DNA of 64,000 nt from Microcoleus sp. (GCA_052279835.1 CP181291.1:2496001-2560000), one strand, 5' to 3'; counted from the first letter of the stretch, positions 40,313 to 50,128 are shown. Program-made: numbers and translations. The notes: a model not told the origin generated them from the sequence alone.

Positions 40313-40431
40313 CATCGTCCTGTATTAAACTCTCTCTTATCTTCCTCTTTCCCCCCTTGGGGGGGGCAGGGGGGGGTCGTCCTTAGCGCCTTCGCGGTTA
40401 AATCATTCCGATACAACCGGAATTGATATCA
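40295..40431 (-). mobile_element. MITE-like element overlapping the menE 3' end
   Basis: TCA-TATAAAATCCGTTAGCATCG...GATACAACCGGAATTGATA-TCA; same core as 10657-10799. Confidence 0.72.
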
Positions 40432-40457
40432 TCTCCTGTTAGTCGGTAATAGAAAAT

Positions 40458-40519
40458 GGTTTGTAGTGACGATTAAAGTCCTCAAAATTTGAACGAGACT
40501 AAAGTCATGACTACAAACC
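40458..40519. repeat. REP-like inverted repeat
   Basis: GGTTTGTAGT...ACTACAAACC. Confidence 0.65.
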
Positions 40520-40536
40520 TATTGAATTCCCAATTA

Positions 40537-41523
40537 CTACAAACTTAATAGCTGTCGCTTCCTTTCCAATTCTTGATTTTGAGCATCCACAAACTTCAAC
40601 ATTCGGTAAAGCACCTCTATTTGTGGCAACTTAATTCCTCTTTCCTCCGCTACTCGTATCGGATTGCCAAAAATCGCTTCAACTTCGAGGGGGCGCAATT
40701 CATCGTAATCGATTTTCATGCTGGTGCGGTAAGGTTTCATTTTGTGAGTGTAGTCGAGCATATGTGGAATAAAATTATCGGGAATAATGCGATCGTAACT
40801 TTTCGCCCCCGCTACTACTTCCCTCATGATTTCTTCAATTAAAATCAAAGTATCGGGATTAGCCATCAGTTCGTCTGTTCTGGCATTCAATACTACAGAC
40901 AGTCCATTATAAGGAATATTCCAAACCAGTTTTTTCCACCTCGATAAAAGTAAATCTTCGCTCACTTTAATCGGAACCTTTGCGTGTTTAAAATCGTTCG
41001 CTATCAGATTCAATCTATTAGTTATTTTTTGGGGATTATAGTCTTGGGAATATTCCCCCAGGGTGATAGTCCCGTAATCGAGATGGCAGATGTGACCGGG
41101 CCCAATTTTATAAGAACACAAAAAACACAGCCCGCCAATCACTCGTTCTGCACCGACTATTTTAGCTACTTCTGGTTCGATATCCAGTCCATTTTGCAAT
41201 ACTAAAACCACGCCATTATCTTTTAATAAACCAGGTAAAATTTTTGGCAATAAGTGATTTTGAGTGGTTTTTAGGGCTACAATTACGACATCGCATTTAG
41301 GCATTTTGTGCGCGTCGTGGTAGGCGCGGACTTGGGAGAGGGTGAAATCACCTTCGGGAGACTCGACAATCAAACCGTGTTTTTTGACGCGCTCGTAATC
41401 GCTGCGTAGCAAAAAATTAACTTCAAAACCGGCTTTTTGCAGTTTAGCACCATAGAATCCGCCTAAAGCTCCGGTGCCGACGATGGCATAATTGCGATTG
41501 CGATTTGGCATATTAATCATCAA
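40537..41523 (-). CDS. Ketopantoate reductase-family protein (PanE/ApbA-like)
   Basis: GTGALGGFYG, LQNG, WKKLVWN, TSMKID, LEVEAI. Confidence 0.85.
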   Translation of the reverse strand: MMINMPNRNRNYAIVGTGALGGFYGAKLQKAGFEVNFLLRSDYERVKKHGLIVESPEGDFTLSQVRAYHDAHKMPKCDVVIVALKTTQNHLLPKILPGLLKDNGVVLVLQNGLDIEPEVAKIVGAERVIGGLCFLCSYKIGPGHICHLDYGTITLGEYSQDYNPQKITNRLNLIANDFKHAKVPIKVSEDLLLSRWKKLVWNIPYNGLSVVLNARTDELMANPDTLILIEEIMREVVAGAKSYDRIIPDNFIPHMLDYTHKMKPYRTSMKIDYDELRPLEVEAIFGNPIRVAEERGIKLPQIEVLYRMLKFVDAQNQELERKRQLLSL

Positions 41524-41551
41524 GAAATAAACAGTAGAAGCAATCTAAACT

Positions 41552-41959
41552 CTAAAATTGGCTGAGCCACTGCATCAATTGTTCCGATAGCTGTGTTCTA
41601 GTTCGGTTAACTGAATCAATGCAGACGTGCTTAGTAACAGCCTTAGCTGCGGATTTCCCTGTAATTTCTCCCAAAAAAACTTGATAAGCAATTTCAAATT
41701 CATCGCCTGCAAGCTGTTTTGGTGTCAATTGAATAGTTAGGCGATCGCCCGCAAACATCGGGCGGTAAAAATCTACATTAGCATGAATTATCGGCATGGC
41801 TAGCTCGGCATTACTAAAAAATGCTTTGAGATTGATTCCCGATGCGGCCAGAGATTCTTCGTAAGCTTCATGGCACATCGCCAAGACGTTAGTAAAGTAT
41901 ACAACTCCAGCAGCATCGGTATCCTGAAAGCGGACAGTGCGGCTATAAGTAAAAGACAT
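41552..41959 (-). CDS. Hotdog-fold thioesterase, probable DHNA-CoA hydrolase
   Basis: VRFQDTDAAGVVYF, CHEAYEESL; adjacent to the men cluster. ORF-track N-extension is heptamer repeat. Confidence 0.85.
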   Translation of the reverse strand: MSFTYSRTVRFQDTDAAGVVYFTNVLAMCHEAYEESLAASGINLKAFFSNAELAMPIIHANVDFYRPMFAGDRLTIQLTPKQLAGDEFEIAYQVFLGEITGKSAAKAVTKHVCIDSVNRTRTQLSEQLMQWLSQF

Positions 41960-42055
41960 TTGCAGTAGGTTTGAGTTTTGAGGTTTGAGTTTTGAGTTAA
42001 AAATTTGGTGTTTATTTAATTCAAAACTCATTAATTTTGTCCTGAGATTGATTTT

Positions 42056-42502
42056 TTAACCTTTGTTTTTAATCAACATCACGTCGATAATTTTGAGGGC
42101 AATTTCTTCGGAAAGTCCCAAGGCAATGTACAGATCGTTCAAAAGCTGTTCTTCTTCTTCGGAAACTTCACCATCTGCTAAAGCGATATCAGTTGTGACC
42201 GCAAAAACTGTTTCTTTGAGTTCGTCGGGAAGTGTGGCTAAAGCCGCATTAAATAATACCTGAACTCCTTGTCTTTGCAGCAGCATCAGTAGTCGATCGA
42301 GCATTTTTTTCATGACATCATTCGGATAGCTTCTAAACAGTTGCATCCGAGATAAAGTGATGCTTAAAACTTGACTTTCGTTGTCATTAATGTAACCATC
42401 GGCTGCTACGGCAATTAGGGCGATCGCTGCAAATGCTTCGGCAGGCCCCAAAGTGACTTCACTATGTTGGCGAGTCTGCGCTATTTTATCAAATAAACCC
42501 AT
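42056..42502 (-). CDS. TerB-like protein
   Basis: AVAADG and IALADGEVSEEE repeats. Confidence 0.82.
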   Translation of the reverse strand: MGLFDKIAQTRQHSEVTLGPAEAFAAIALIAVAADGYINDNESQVLSITLSRMQLFRSYPNDVMKKMLDRLLMLLQRQGVQVLFNAALATLPDELKETVFAVTTDIALADGEVSEEEEQLLNDLYIALGLSEEIALKIIDVMLIKNKG

Positions 42503-42536
42503 GGTAATTTCCTCATTCTTTAGTGTTTGAATTGTA

Positions 42537-43841
42537 CTACTTTTGTGAAAGAGCTAACTCTGCCTTCAAAAAATCTACAAACTGTCGGGCTGTTCGGCCC
42601 GATCGCCCATTACGGCGAGTTGCCCACTCTTTAGCCCGGTGTTCCAAATCTTCAGGTGTTAGTTGGATACCAGCCAGCAGTGCCAGATGTCGGACAATGG
42701 TTAAATAAGTGTTTTGATCCGCCGGTTCAAAAGTTAAAGTCAAGCCAAAGCGATCGCTAAATGAAAGTTTTTCCTGCACCGTATCCCAAGCATGAATTTC
42801 ATCACCATCGCGGGGGCGGGGTCTATCGTCAAAAAACTCTCGAATTAAATGCCGCCTATTAGATGTGGCGTAAACAACTACATTTTGAGCTTTGGCGGTG
42901 ACATTCCCTTCTAAAACCACTTTCAAGGCTTTAAAAGCATCATCATCTTCCTCAAAGGAAAGGTCATCTACAAAAATAATAAACTTCTGAGGAACACCTC
43001 GCAACTGTTCCATAATTAGCGGCAAATCTTGCAAATCGGATTTAGATACTTCAATCAAGCGCAAATTGCGATCGCCAAACTCATTCAACAGCGACTTCAC
43101 CAAAGAAGACTTACCAGAACCACGACTACCGTATAGCAAAACGTGCAAAGCCGGATAACCAGCCAGCAAAAATTCCGTATTTTTGACCAAAGCATCTCGC
43201 TGCCAATCGCAGCAAACCAACTCTTTCAACTTGATGCGATCGGGATGATAAATACTCGCCAACTGACCATTTCGCCACTGAAAAGCGCGATATTCAGCAA
43301 ATAAACCAGTACCAAACTTTCGGTAATATTCTGCCAAAGATTCCGCAGCACTAGACCAATTTTCCAGTTTTCCAGACAGAGGCAAATCATCACTTTCTTT
43401 GATAGTTTCTGAATCCCAAATCGGAGGTATGGCTTCAAGTTGTCCAGCGACTCGCACCCACTTACTCAACTGCTCCCCACTGCATTGATAAAGATTTTGT
43501 AATACTTGCAAATCATGTCGCGCGGCCTCTACTAAGGCGGGAGACAAACTGGCAAAATCTGTTTTCTGAGATTGGCGAGAAAAGGGGTTTTCGTCTTTGA
43601 GGATTTGGGAAATCAGGAAATCTTTCCAGCTCACATTTTGAGCAGCCTGAACTTTAAACCAATTCCCATAGGCTGTCAGACAGTCAAAACCGCTGACTTC
43701 GCTGTGGTGCAGGGTTTGCAGCAAATCCAGAAAAGCTTGACCAGCAGGGCTTTTGAAGACAGATTGATATAGCAACAGGGATGCTGCTTGACGTTGGAAG
43801 TAGCGAATTTGGGCGATCGCACCAGAAGTTAGGGCCGACAT
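42537..43841 (-). CDS. DUF815-type AAA+ ATPase
   Basis: LLYGSRGSGKSS, FVDDLSFE, YATSNRRHL, RSGRTARQF. Confidence 0.85.
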   Translation of the reverse strand: MSALTSGAIAQIRYFQRQAASLLLYQSVFKSPAGQAFLDLLQTLHHSEVSGFDCLTAYGNWFKVQAAQNVSWKDFLISQILKDENPFSRQSQKTDFASLSPALVEAARHDLQVLQNLYQCSGEQLSKWVRVAGQLEAIPPIWDSETIKESDDLPLSGKLENWSSAAESLAEYYRKFGTGLFAEYRAFQWRNGQLASIYHPDRIKLKELVCCDWQRDALVKNTEFLLAGYPALHVLLYGSRGSGKSSLVKSLLNEFGDRNLRLIEVSKSDLQDLPLIMEQLRGVPQKFIIFVDDLSFEEDDDAFKALKVVLEGNVTAKAQNVVVYATSNRRHLIREFFDDRPRPRDGDEIHAWDTVQEKLSFSDRFGLTLTFEPADQNTYLTIVRHLALLAGIQLTPEDLEHRAKEWATRRNGRSGRTARQFVDFLKAELALSQK

Positions 43842-43966
43842 AATTGCAGTTCTATAACAGTGAAATATCCCAGTGGGGTTTAATAAATTTTCTAACAATT
43901 CGTGACACTAATTGCAGGCCGCGCTGTATAAATTTAGATGCACTTGTGAAATCAGAAGGATAAAAA

Positions 43967-44290
43967 ATGAATTTAGGTATAGCAGCAGCCCTGGGCTATG
44001 GGACTTTAACCCTGATTGGTGGCATCATGGGCTACGTCAAGGCAAAAAGCCAAGCCTCCTTAATTTCAGGTCTCGTTAGCGGTTCGCTGCTAATTTTAGC
44101 TGGTATCGCCCAGCTCATGGGACAAAGTTGGGGTTTGATATTAGCAGCCGCCATTTCTGCTGTTTTAGTAGTTGTGTTTATTCTGCGGTTAGTAAAAACT
44201 CGCAAATTCATGCCAGCAGGAATGTTAATTTTAGCCAGCTTAGCCTCTTTCGGAGCGATCGCCTACGAAATCAGCGGTCAATATCAATAG
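43967..44290 (+). CDS. TMEM14-family small membrane protein
   Basis: GGIMGYVKAKSQASLISG, KTRKFMPAG. Confidence 0.85.
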   Translation: MNLGIAAALGYGTLTLIGGIMGYVKAKSQASLISGLVSGSLLILAGIAQLMGQSWGLILAAAISAVLVVVFILRLVKTRKFMPAGMLILASLASFGAIAYEISGQYQ

Positions 44291-44318
44291 TCAGTGGACT
44301 GTTGACTGTTGTTGAGGG

Positions 44319-44610
44319 TTAGTTGTTATTTGTTATTTGTTTTGTTGGTTTTGAGTCTTGTAGAGTCTTGTTCCCAGGATCTTCCTGGGAATACATACCT
44401 GGAGGCTCTGCCTCCAACAACCAATAACAAACAACAAATAACCAATAACAAACAACCAATAACCAATAACCAATAACTAATAACCAACAACCAATAACAA
44501 ACAACCAACAACCAACAACAAACAACCAATAACCAACAACCAACAACCAACAACCAACAACAAATAACCAACAACAAATAACAAATAACAAATAACTAAT
44601 AACAAATAAC
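44319..44610. repeat. Long heptamer array (AACAACC/AATAACC/AATAACA) with opposed short array and half REP
   Basis: About 190 bp of tandem heptamers at 44417-44610; TTCCCAGG..CCTGGGAA and GGAGGCTCTGCCTCC at about 44370-44415. Confidence 0.88.
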
Positions 44611-45635
44611 TATTGACCAATAACTGATTCAATATGTTGCTGAACTTCCCGCAGTTGTTGGGACTGCAATTCCATCCAATCTTTTTCCGCCTCTCGCTGT
44701 TCCGGTGTTTCTTTCTGGTATCTCACCTGCTTATCTAAAAAATCATTGTAGAACCTCATCATTTTTTCAATAGTTTGAATTGATAAATTAATCCGGTCTT
44801 CAAATATTAAAATAATCAAATTATCTATAATCGCTCCAATCACCTTACAACATTCTTCAAAATCGACCAAACTAATTCCCATATTGCTTTTATGCACCAG
44901 AGTTTCCACAGGATTTTTGACCGTTTCTTTGAAAGTCTTCATATCAGAGATTGGCAAATATTTCATGGGTTCGGTAAACTTAGAGACAATTTCTCCGCCT
45001 ATAGACTGTAATTGCTCCCTAAATTTAGATTGACTTTGGCTATCGAAGCATTCAATACAAAATTCAAGTTTTTCTATGTCTAGATCTTGTAATTCTTTAA
45101 AAATTGTATTAAGTTCATTTTCCACAATCAAAACTACCCGCTCGGCATGGGAATTCACTTCACTTCGTAACTCTTTATGTAAATTATTTTTCTCATAAAA
45201 ACCGATATTATCTCTTTGAAACTTTTGCTGAGGTTCATCCCACAAAAACCACTGATTTTGTAACTTAGCAGCCTTTTCTTTCCAGATTTGGCGCACTTTA
45301 ACAACAGCTTCATATTTGCCATGTTTTCCTAAATTACGAATTCTCGCATCGCATCCGCTGAGTTTGCCAATTTGCTCCCAAATATCCACGGAAGATGCTT
45401 GAGCAATTCTCGGCTTGCTATGCCAGATATCCTCAGCATCAGATACATCTTTAAAACACACCTGAAGTAAAGCCTGGAGTCTGAGGGCAGATTGCTTGAT
45501 TTCTTGAATGCAAGGTTGCACATCTACGCTGAGGCTAGTAGCTGACTTTTTCATTTCTAGGGATTTGTATTCGTCTGCGAGCAATCGATCGCTAAACTGG
45601 GTAATAGCCTGGAATACCTTGAGATATTCATTCAT
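44610..45635 (-). CDS. Helical coiled-coil protein resembling the C-terminal half of cyanobacterial dynamin-like proteins
   Basis: 341 aa, no P-loop; ends FYNDFLDKQVRYQKETPEQREAEKDW (similarity recalled, not searched). Confidence 0.6.
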   Translation of the reverse strand: MNEYLKVFQAITQFSDRLLADEYKSLEMKKSATSLSVDVQPCIQEIKQSALRLQALLQVCFKDVSDAEDIWHSKPRIAQASSVDIWEQIGKLSGCDARIRNLGKHGKYEAVVKVRQIWKEKAAKLQNQWFLWDEPQQKFQRDNIGFYEKNNLHKELRSEVNSHAERVVLIVENELNTIFKELQDLDIEKLEFCIECFDSQSQSKFREQLQSIGGEIVSKFTEPMKYLPISDMKTFKETVKNPVETLVHKSNMGISLVDFEECCKVIGAIIDNLIILIFEDRINLSIQTIEKMMRFYNDFLDKQVRYQKETPEQREAEKDWMELQSQQLREVQQHIESVIGQ

Positions 45636-45713
45636 TTCGTTTTATTCCTCTCTCTCCCTAAATAGCATACAATACAGAACATCTGCCTTTTTGAATGCAA
45701 ACTGAGCCACAAC

Positions 45714-47117
45714 ATGAATTATGTATTCACCCCTACAACTCAGGCTCTACTCAATACTGGCAACCTGGTGCAGCCTGCTACCCAAACAGGAAAATTGCTG
45801 CCGGCTGCTAGAGATCCAGTGACTGGGGAGTTTGTGGAGATTGCCAAAATATTTTATCAATCAACGAGTGAAATTCCAGAAACTCGCGGAGTTTTAGGAT
45901 TGCTAGCACACTTGGCAGGAGGTAGCCCCCTAGAGCCACTGGTAGCCCCTGTGCATCTGACAATGGCACCCTTGCAAATTGCTCAAACTCATGTGGGATT
46001 TCAAAAAATATACAGAGTGCTTAATTCCCTAAAAATTAATTTGGCTGTGATGCAAGCCACTACTGCTGTTATTGGTGTCGGGAATGTATCCCCCACCATT
46101 TTGTCAGCAGTAAATCTCGAACAAATATTACAATTAAAAGAAGAAGCAAAGCAGCAAAGGCTAAAAATTAAAGATGGTTTTATCGATCTCAGGCATATCC
46201 TCAAAGACAAAGGAGTAGAGGTAATTCAGCACATGTATAAGGTGGCTCATGACTCAAAATTTGAGGTACACCGCCTGCAACTGGTTAATGGTTATGATGT
46301 TTTTTCTAAAGGGATTAAACGCTGCCAGTCTGCCCTGACTGTAGGGGATGTGAAACTGCGGAATTCGGAAATTAATAGCGCGCGCGAAGAGTTGTTTGAG
46401 GCTTTAAAAATTTATGAAAATTCCTGTTTTTTGGAGGGATTGTGTTCCGCGGCACAAATTAGGAAAATGGAATGCGTTTGGGCGATAGAACAGGCGATCG
46501 CCGTTACGTTTCAGTTGCAGCGGGCCTATGATATGGTTAGCGATCGCCTCCGGGAACTCCAATCAAAAATCCGTCAACATTGTCTAACAGTTGTTAAAGA
46601 ATGCCAATCGGAACTAGAACTAGATTTTTTATTTCCCGAAATTGTCAGAATTCTCGGTCACGATTTAAATGCGCTGGAATTTTGGCATCTGGAGGCTGAT
46701 TGGATGCAAACTTTGTCCCCAAAAGATCAGCACCAATTAGCGAGTTTAGATCAACTAAGTGTAGATCATTTAAAAAGCACTATCCAGACTCCCTTCACCA
46801 TAGTAGCCCCGGAATTTTCACTCTATGAAAATTTAAAGCCAAAGTCTCACTTTCTCTCCTTGCGAGACCAGCTAGCGATCGCCCTGAAGCCGGAACTCCG
46901 CCGAGGACAGGAATTTTATATCAGCCAACAGGCGATCGCCACTGGATATCCAGCTTTAGCCCCCTCCAATTGGCAAGAAATATCAGATTTAACTGTAGCT
47001 AATCTCTACTATTATTTTAAGTTCCGAGAAGACTCAATGGACATTTATCCAAATCACGAGGAATTAGAGCAGTTGTCAGTTGTCAATTGTGGACTAAATT
47101 TAAAATCGAAAATCTAA
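45714..47117 (+). CDS. Hypothetical protein (ARDPxTGxFV N-terminal motif, hydrophobic segment, helical body)
   Basis: 467-aa ORF divergent from the preceding gene. Confidence 0.75.
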   Translation: MNYVFTPTTQALLNTGNLVQPATQTGKLLPAARDPVTGEFVEIAKIFYQSTSEIPETRGVLGLLAHLAGGSPLEPLVAPVHLTMAPLQIAQTHVGFQKIYRVLNSLKINLAVMQATTAVIGVGNVSPTILSAVNLEQILQLKEEAKQQRLKIKDGFIDLRHILKDKGVEVIQHMYKVAHDSKFEVHRLQLVNGYDVFSKGIKRCQSALTVGDVKLRNSEINSAREELFEALKIYENSCFLEGLCSAAQIRKMECVWAIEQAIAVTFQLQRAYDMVSDRLRELQSKIRQHCLTVVKECQSELELDFLFPEIVRILGHDLNALEFWHLEADWMQTLSPKDQHQLASLDQLSVDHLKSTIQTPFTIVAPEFSLYENLKPKSHFLSLRDQLAIALKPELRRGQEFYISQQAIATGYPALAPSNWQEISDLTVANLYYYFKFREDSMDIYPNHEELEQLSVVNCGLNLKSKI

Positions 47118-47156
47118 AATCTCCCATCTCAAATCTAAAAGTCTCCCAGACAATGA

Positions 47157-49658
47157 TTATCTCAGCCACAACTTAATAGTATTATCTTTAGAACCACTAG
47201 CAATAGTTTTGCCATCGGGACTAAAAGCCACCACATAAACCTCATCCGAATGTCCGGTCAAAGTATTCAGCAATTCACCAGTAGCCAAGTCCCAAATTTT
47301 AATAGTTTTATCCTTACTACCGCTAGCAATAAATTTCCCGTCAGGACTGATAGCAATCGATACAATATCATCAGAATGTCCCTTAAGAGAACGAATCAAC
47401 TCCCCGGTTTCCAGATTCCAAACTTTAATACTTTCATCATAAGAACCACTAACTAATGTTTTGCCATCGGGACTAATAGCCACGGTTCTCACCTGGTCTG
47501 CATGACCATCAAGAGTCTTGAGCAACCTCCCAGTTACCACATCAACAATTGTAATTTTATTATCCTTAGAAGCACTTACCAAACTTTTGCCATCGGGACT
47601 AAAAGCCACAGAATAAACAAAATCTGTATGGTCTGGCAAAGTATTAATTAGTCTGCCATCTACAGCATCCCAAATCTTGGTTGTCTTATCTCCACTGCCG
47701 CTAGCAATTAGTTTACCATCGCGACTAATCGCCACGGACCAAACAGAAGCATTATGGTCAAGACTGCGAATCAATTGCCCTGTTTTCAAATCCCACAGCA
47801 TCACTCTCCAAAAACCCGTACCAGTTACCAATCGCGAGCCATTTGAGTCAAAAGCAACGGACCAAACGGTGGATGAATCACCCTGAAAAGTACGGAGCGA
47901 CTTACCTGTAGCTAAATCCCAAATTTGGATAGTTTTATCCTTGGAACCGCTGGCTAATATCAAGCCATCTGGACTAAAAGCCACTGCTCCAACTGCATCG
48001 GAATGTTGAGCAAAATTTTTGACTTTCGGGTGTTGCCAGCGGAGGCCTCCTTGGCATTGTTCCTGTAATTTTTGAGCTGATAAATAGCTAGTGGAAGTGT
48101 TAGCAATTTTGGGTATTTCGCCGATGCAGTCTTCATAATTGCTTTCTTGATAAAGAGCATTAATCTGATTAACTTGTTGCGAGTCTCTCGCCAGTCGCTG
48201 CTGCCATTCTTGCCATTTCAAATAGCCATAAATTCCGCCGATCGCCGCTAAAATAGCAGCCATTGCAGCTCCCGCAAGTAAAGGATTGAATTTGCGACTT
48301 TCCGGCGGGGCAGTTGGTGCTGTATTCTTGACGGTCAAGTCAGTTTTACCGTTTAAATTAAGCGGTGAGTAGGTTTCTTGACGGGGCTGCAAGTTGAGTG
48401 GAGAAATAGTTTCCCCAGGGGACTGATTGGACTTGCCGTGTCCTGCTAAGACTGTAGAAATTGCCTTATATAATTTCGAGAATAAAGATTTAGGGACGAC
48501 TAATTCTTCTATGTTGGCGGCATCTTCATCCGTAAGTCCTAAAACTTGCTGCAATCGTTTTAATTCGTCGCGAGTTGTCGCCGAAAACGGATATTCTTGC
48601 TGCATTGCTTCTTGCAGTGCTTGTTCGTAGCGTTCCCCTTTTTCCCTGTATTTGCGGTAAGGATTTAATACCTCGTCTTCGATGGTTTCTGCTTCTTCTG
48701 GTAGCAATTCCAAGCTGACACGCAGTTCATCTAATATTCTGCGGCCGACAACTGTAATGTCACCGCGACTGCTAGTGCGTCGATCGACTTCTTCGCGATA
48801 TATGGTGAGTTTCGGAATGCGCGATCGCGAGCGATCGCCTATTTTTCTCAAATCGGCTAAAGCTTCCGTCGCCGACTGATATCGTTCCCGAAAATCGTAG
48901 CGCACCATATTATCTAAAACATCAGCTAGCCCTTGGGAACAGTTTGCTAAATGCCGCCAAATTATTTCACCTTTATTAGAATTTTTCAAATCTCGCAGTT
49001 TCGGCAAATCGTAAGCCGGCACGCCAGTAATCGCTTGGATTCCCATCATTCCCAAAGCATAGATATCGCTATTGAGTTGGGGGTTATATTGAAATTGTTC
49101 GATCGGCATATATTCCAGAGTCCCAATCCGCACAGTCACCGGCGCTTGTCTTTGGGCTATATGTATTTCTTTCACCGACCCAAAATCGATCAAAACTAAT
49201 TTATTGTCGGCATAGCGGCGAATTAAATTGGCAGGTTTGATATCTCGGTGAATTACTCCATGTCCATGTACAAATACCAAAATTTCTAACAGTTCTTTCA
49301 GCAAAGAAATCATTTTTTCTTCTGTTAGTGGCTTGCCGGGGACAATCTCTGTGGATAAGGAGTGACCAGCAATAAATGATTCTACTAAGAAAAACTCTTC
49401 ATTTTCTTCAAAATAAGCAAATAATTGAGGAATTTGGTCATGTAAACCGAGCTTTTCTAGAACTTCTGCTTCTTTTTGGAAAAGACGGCGCGTAGCATTA
49501 ATTAATTTCGGTTCGCTGCTACCTGGACGCAGGTGCTTGACAAAACACTGAGGTTCACCTGGACGGCGAATATCTTTAGCCAGATAGGTTAGTCCAAATT
49601 CTCCTGTTTCTATGACTTCAATGATTTGATAGCGTCCATCTAAAAGTTGGCTCACCAT
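47157..49658 (-). CDS. Ser/Thr kinase-TM-WD40 repeat protein
   Basis: LLDGRY, HRDIKPAN, DFG, TM LLAGAAMAAILAAIGGIYGY, seven WD40 repeats; ATG at 49658. Confidence 0.9.
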   Translation of the reverse strand: MVSQLLDGRYQIIEVIETGEFGLTYLAKDIRRPGEPQCFVKHLRPGSSEPKLINATRRLFQKEAEVLEKLGLHDQIPQLFAYFEENEEFFLVESFIAGHSLSTEIVPGKPLTEEKMISLLKELLEILVFVHGHGVIHRDIKPANLIRRYADNKLVLIDFGSVKEIHIAQRQAPVTVRIGTLEYMPIEQFQYNPQLNSDIYALGMMGIQAITGVPAYDLPKLRDLKNSNKGEIIWRHLANCSQGLADVLDNMVRYDFRERYQSATEALADLRKIGDRSRSRIPKLTIYREEVDRRTSSRGDITVVGRRILDELRVSLELLPEEAETIEDEVLNPYRKYREKGERYEQALQEAMQQEYPFSATTRDELKRLQQVLGLTDEDAANIEELVVPKSLFSKLYKAISTVLAGHGKSNQSPGETISPLNLQPRQETYSPLNLNGKTDLTVKNTAPTAPPESRKFNPLLAGAAMAAILAAIGGIYGYLKWQEWQQRLARDSQQVNQINALYQESNYEDCIGEIPKIANTSTSYLSAQKLQEQCQGGLRWQHPKVKNFAQHSDAVGAVAFSPDGLILASGSKDKTIQIWDLATGKSLRTFQGDSSTVWSVAFDSNGSRLVTGTGFWRVMLWDLKTGQLIRSLDHNASVWSVAISRDGKLIASGSGDKTTKIWDAVDGRLINTLPDHTDFVYSVAFSPDGKSLVSASKDNKITIVDVVTGRLLKTLDGHADQVRTVAISPDGKTLVSGSYDESIKVWNLETGELIRSLKGHSDDIVSIAISPDGKFIASGSKDKTIKIWDLATGELLNTLTGHSDEVYVVAFSPDGKTIASGSKDNTIKLWLR

Positions 49659-49909
49659 GATAATAACGCAGCCTTTTTTTGGTTGATTTTCGCCAGAAAC
49701 AGTTTTACTGTTGGGTCGGTTGTAGTCTAGTCTCCATCCCATCCTCTCCCCCTTCCCAAGGGGAGTAGGGGGGTGATGCAACCATCCTCTGATCGGGGGT
49801 TCAAGGAGCTAATCCTTCTTGCTTCTTCCTGACTCGGTTCCTGTCCCTTAGACTACGGGAGCGGATCAACGCAGTCGTTGGATCTTCTTGCTTCAACATC
49901 CGCCATACT

Positions 49910-50017
49910 TTATTTTTTTAACATCTGCAAAGCTTGGTATCCCAAAAAGAAGAAACCCAAAGCACCTACTATCGCTATCCCGTCTGCTAATATATCGACG
50001 GTAAGAAATTCACCCAT
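49910..50017 (-). CDS. Unannotated 35-aa single-TM small protein
   Basis: MGEFLTVDILADGIAIVGALGFFFLGYQALQMLKK*; AGAGGA 8 nt upstream; below the ORF-track size cutoff. Confidence 0.65.
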   Translation of the reverse strand: MGEFLTVDILADGIAIVGALGFFFLGYQALQMLKK

Positions 50018-50119
50018 TGCAGTATCCTCTGACAACTGATATCTATCCTCGGTTTTTCCGTCGCTAATCGGGTGATTGGTTTGACCCATGAAGCCCCGTT
50101 GAGCGAAAGATGCTCACAA

Positions 50120-50128
50120 ATTATAGCA
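50120..50128 (-). promoter_or_regulatory. Extended -10 promoter TGCTATAAT
   Basis: Consensus TGnTATAAT about 100 nt upstream of the 35-aa ORF. Confidence 0.55.

Noticed and set aside
44319..44591. Hydrophobic ORFs 44319-44591 and 44326-44577 (likewise 7641-7880, 27445-27630, 51193-51501)
   Set aside because: These are translations of heptamer tandem repeats.
50030..50095. c-di-GMP-I riboswitch in the microprotein leader
   Set aside because: Only a loose resemblance (GGTCAAACC...GACGGAAA); no GNRA loop or convincing P1 stem. An Infernal/Rfam scan would settle it.
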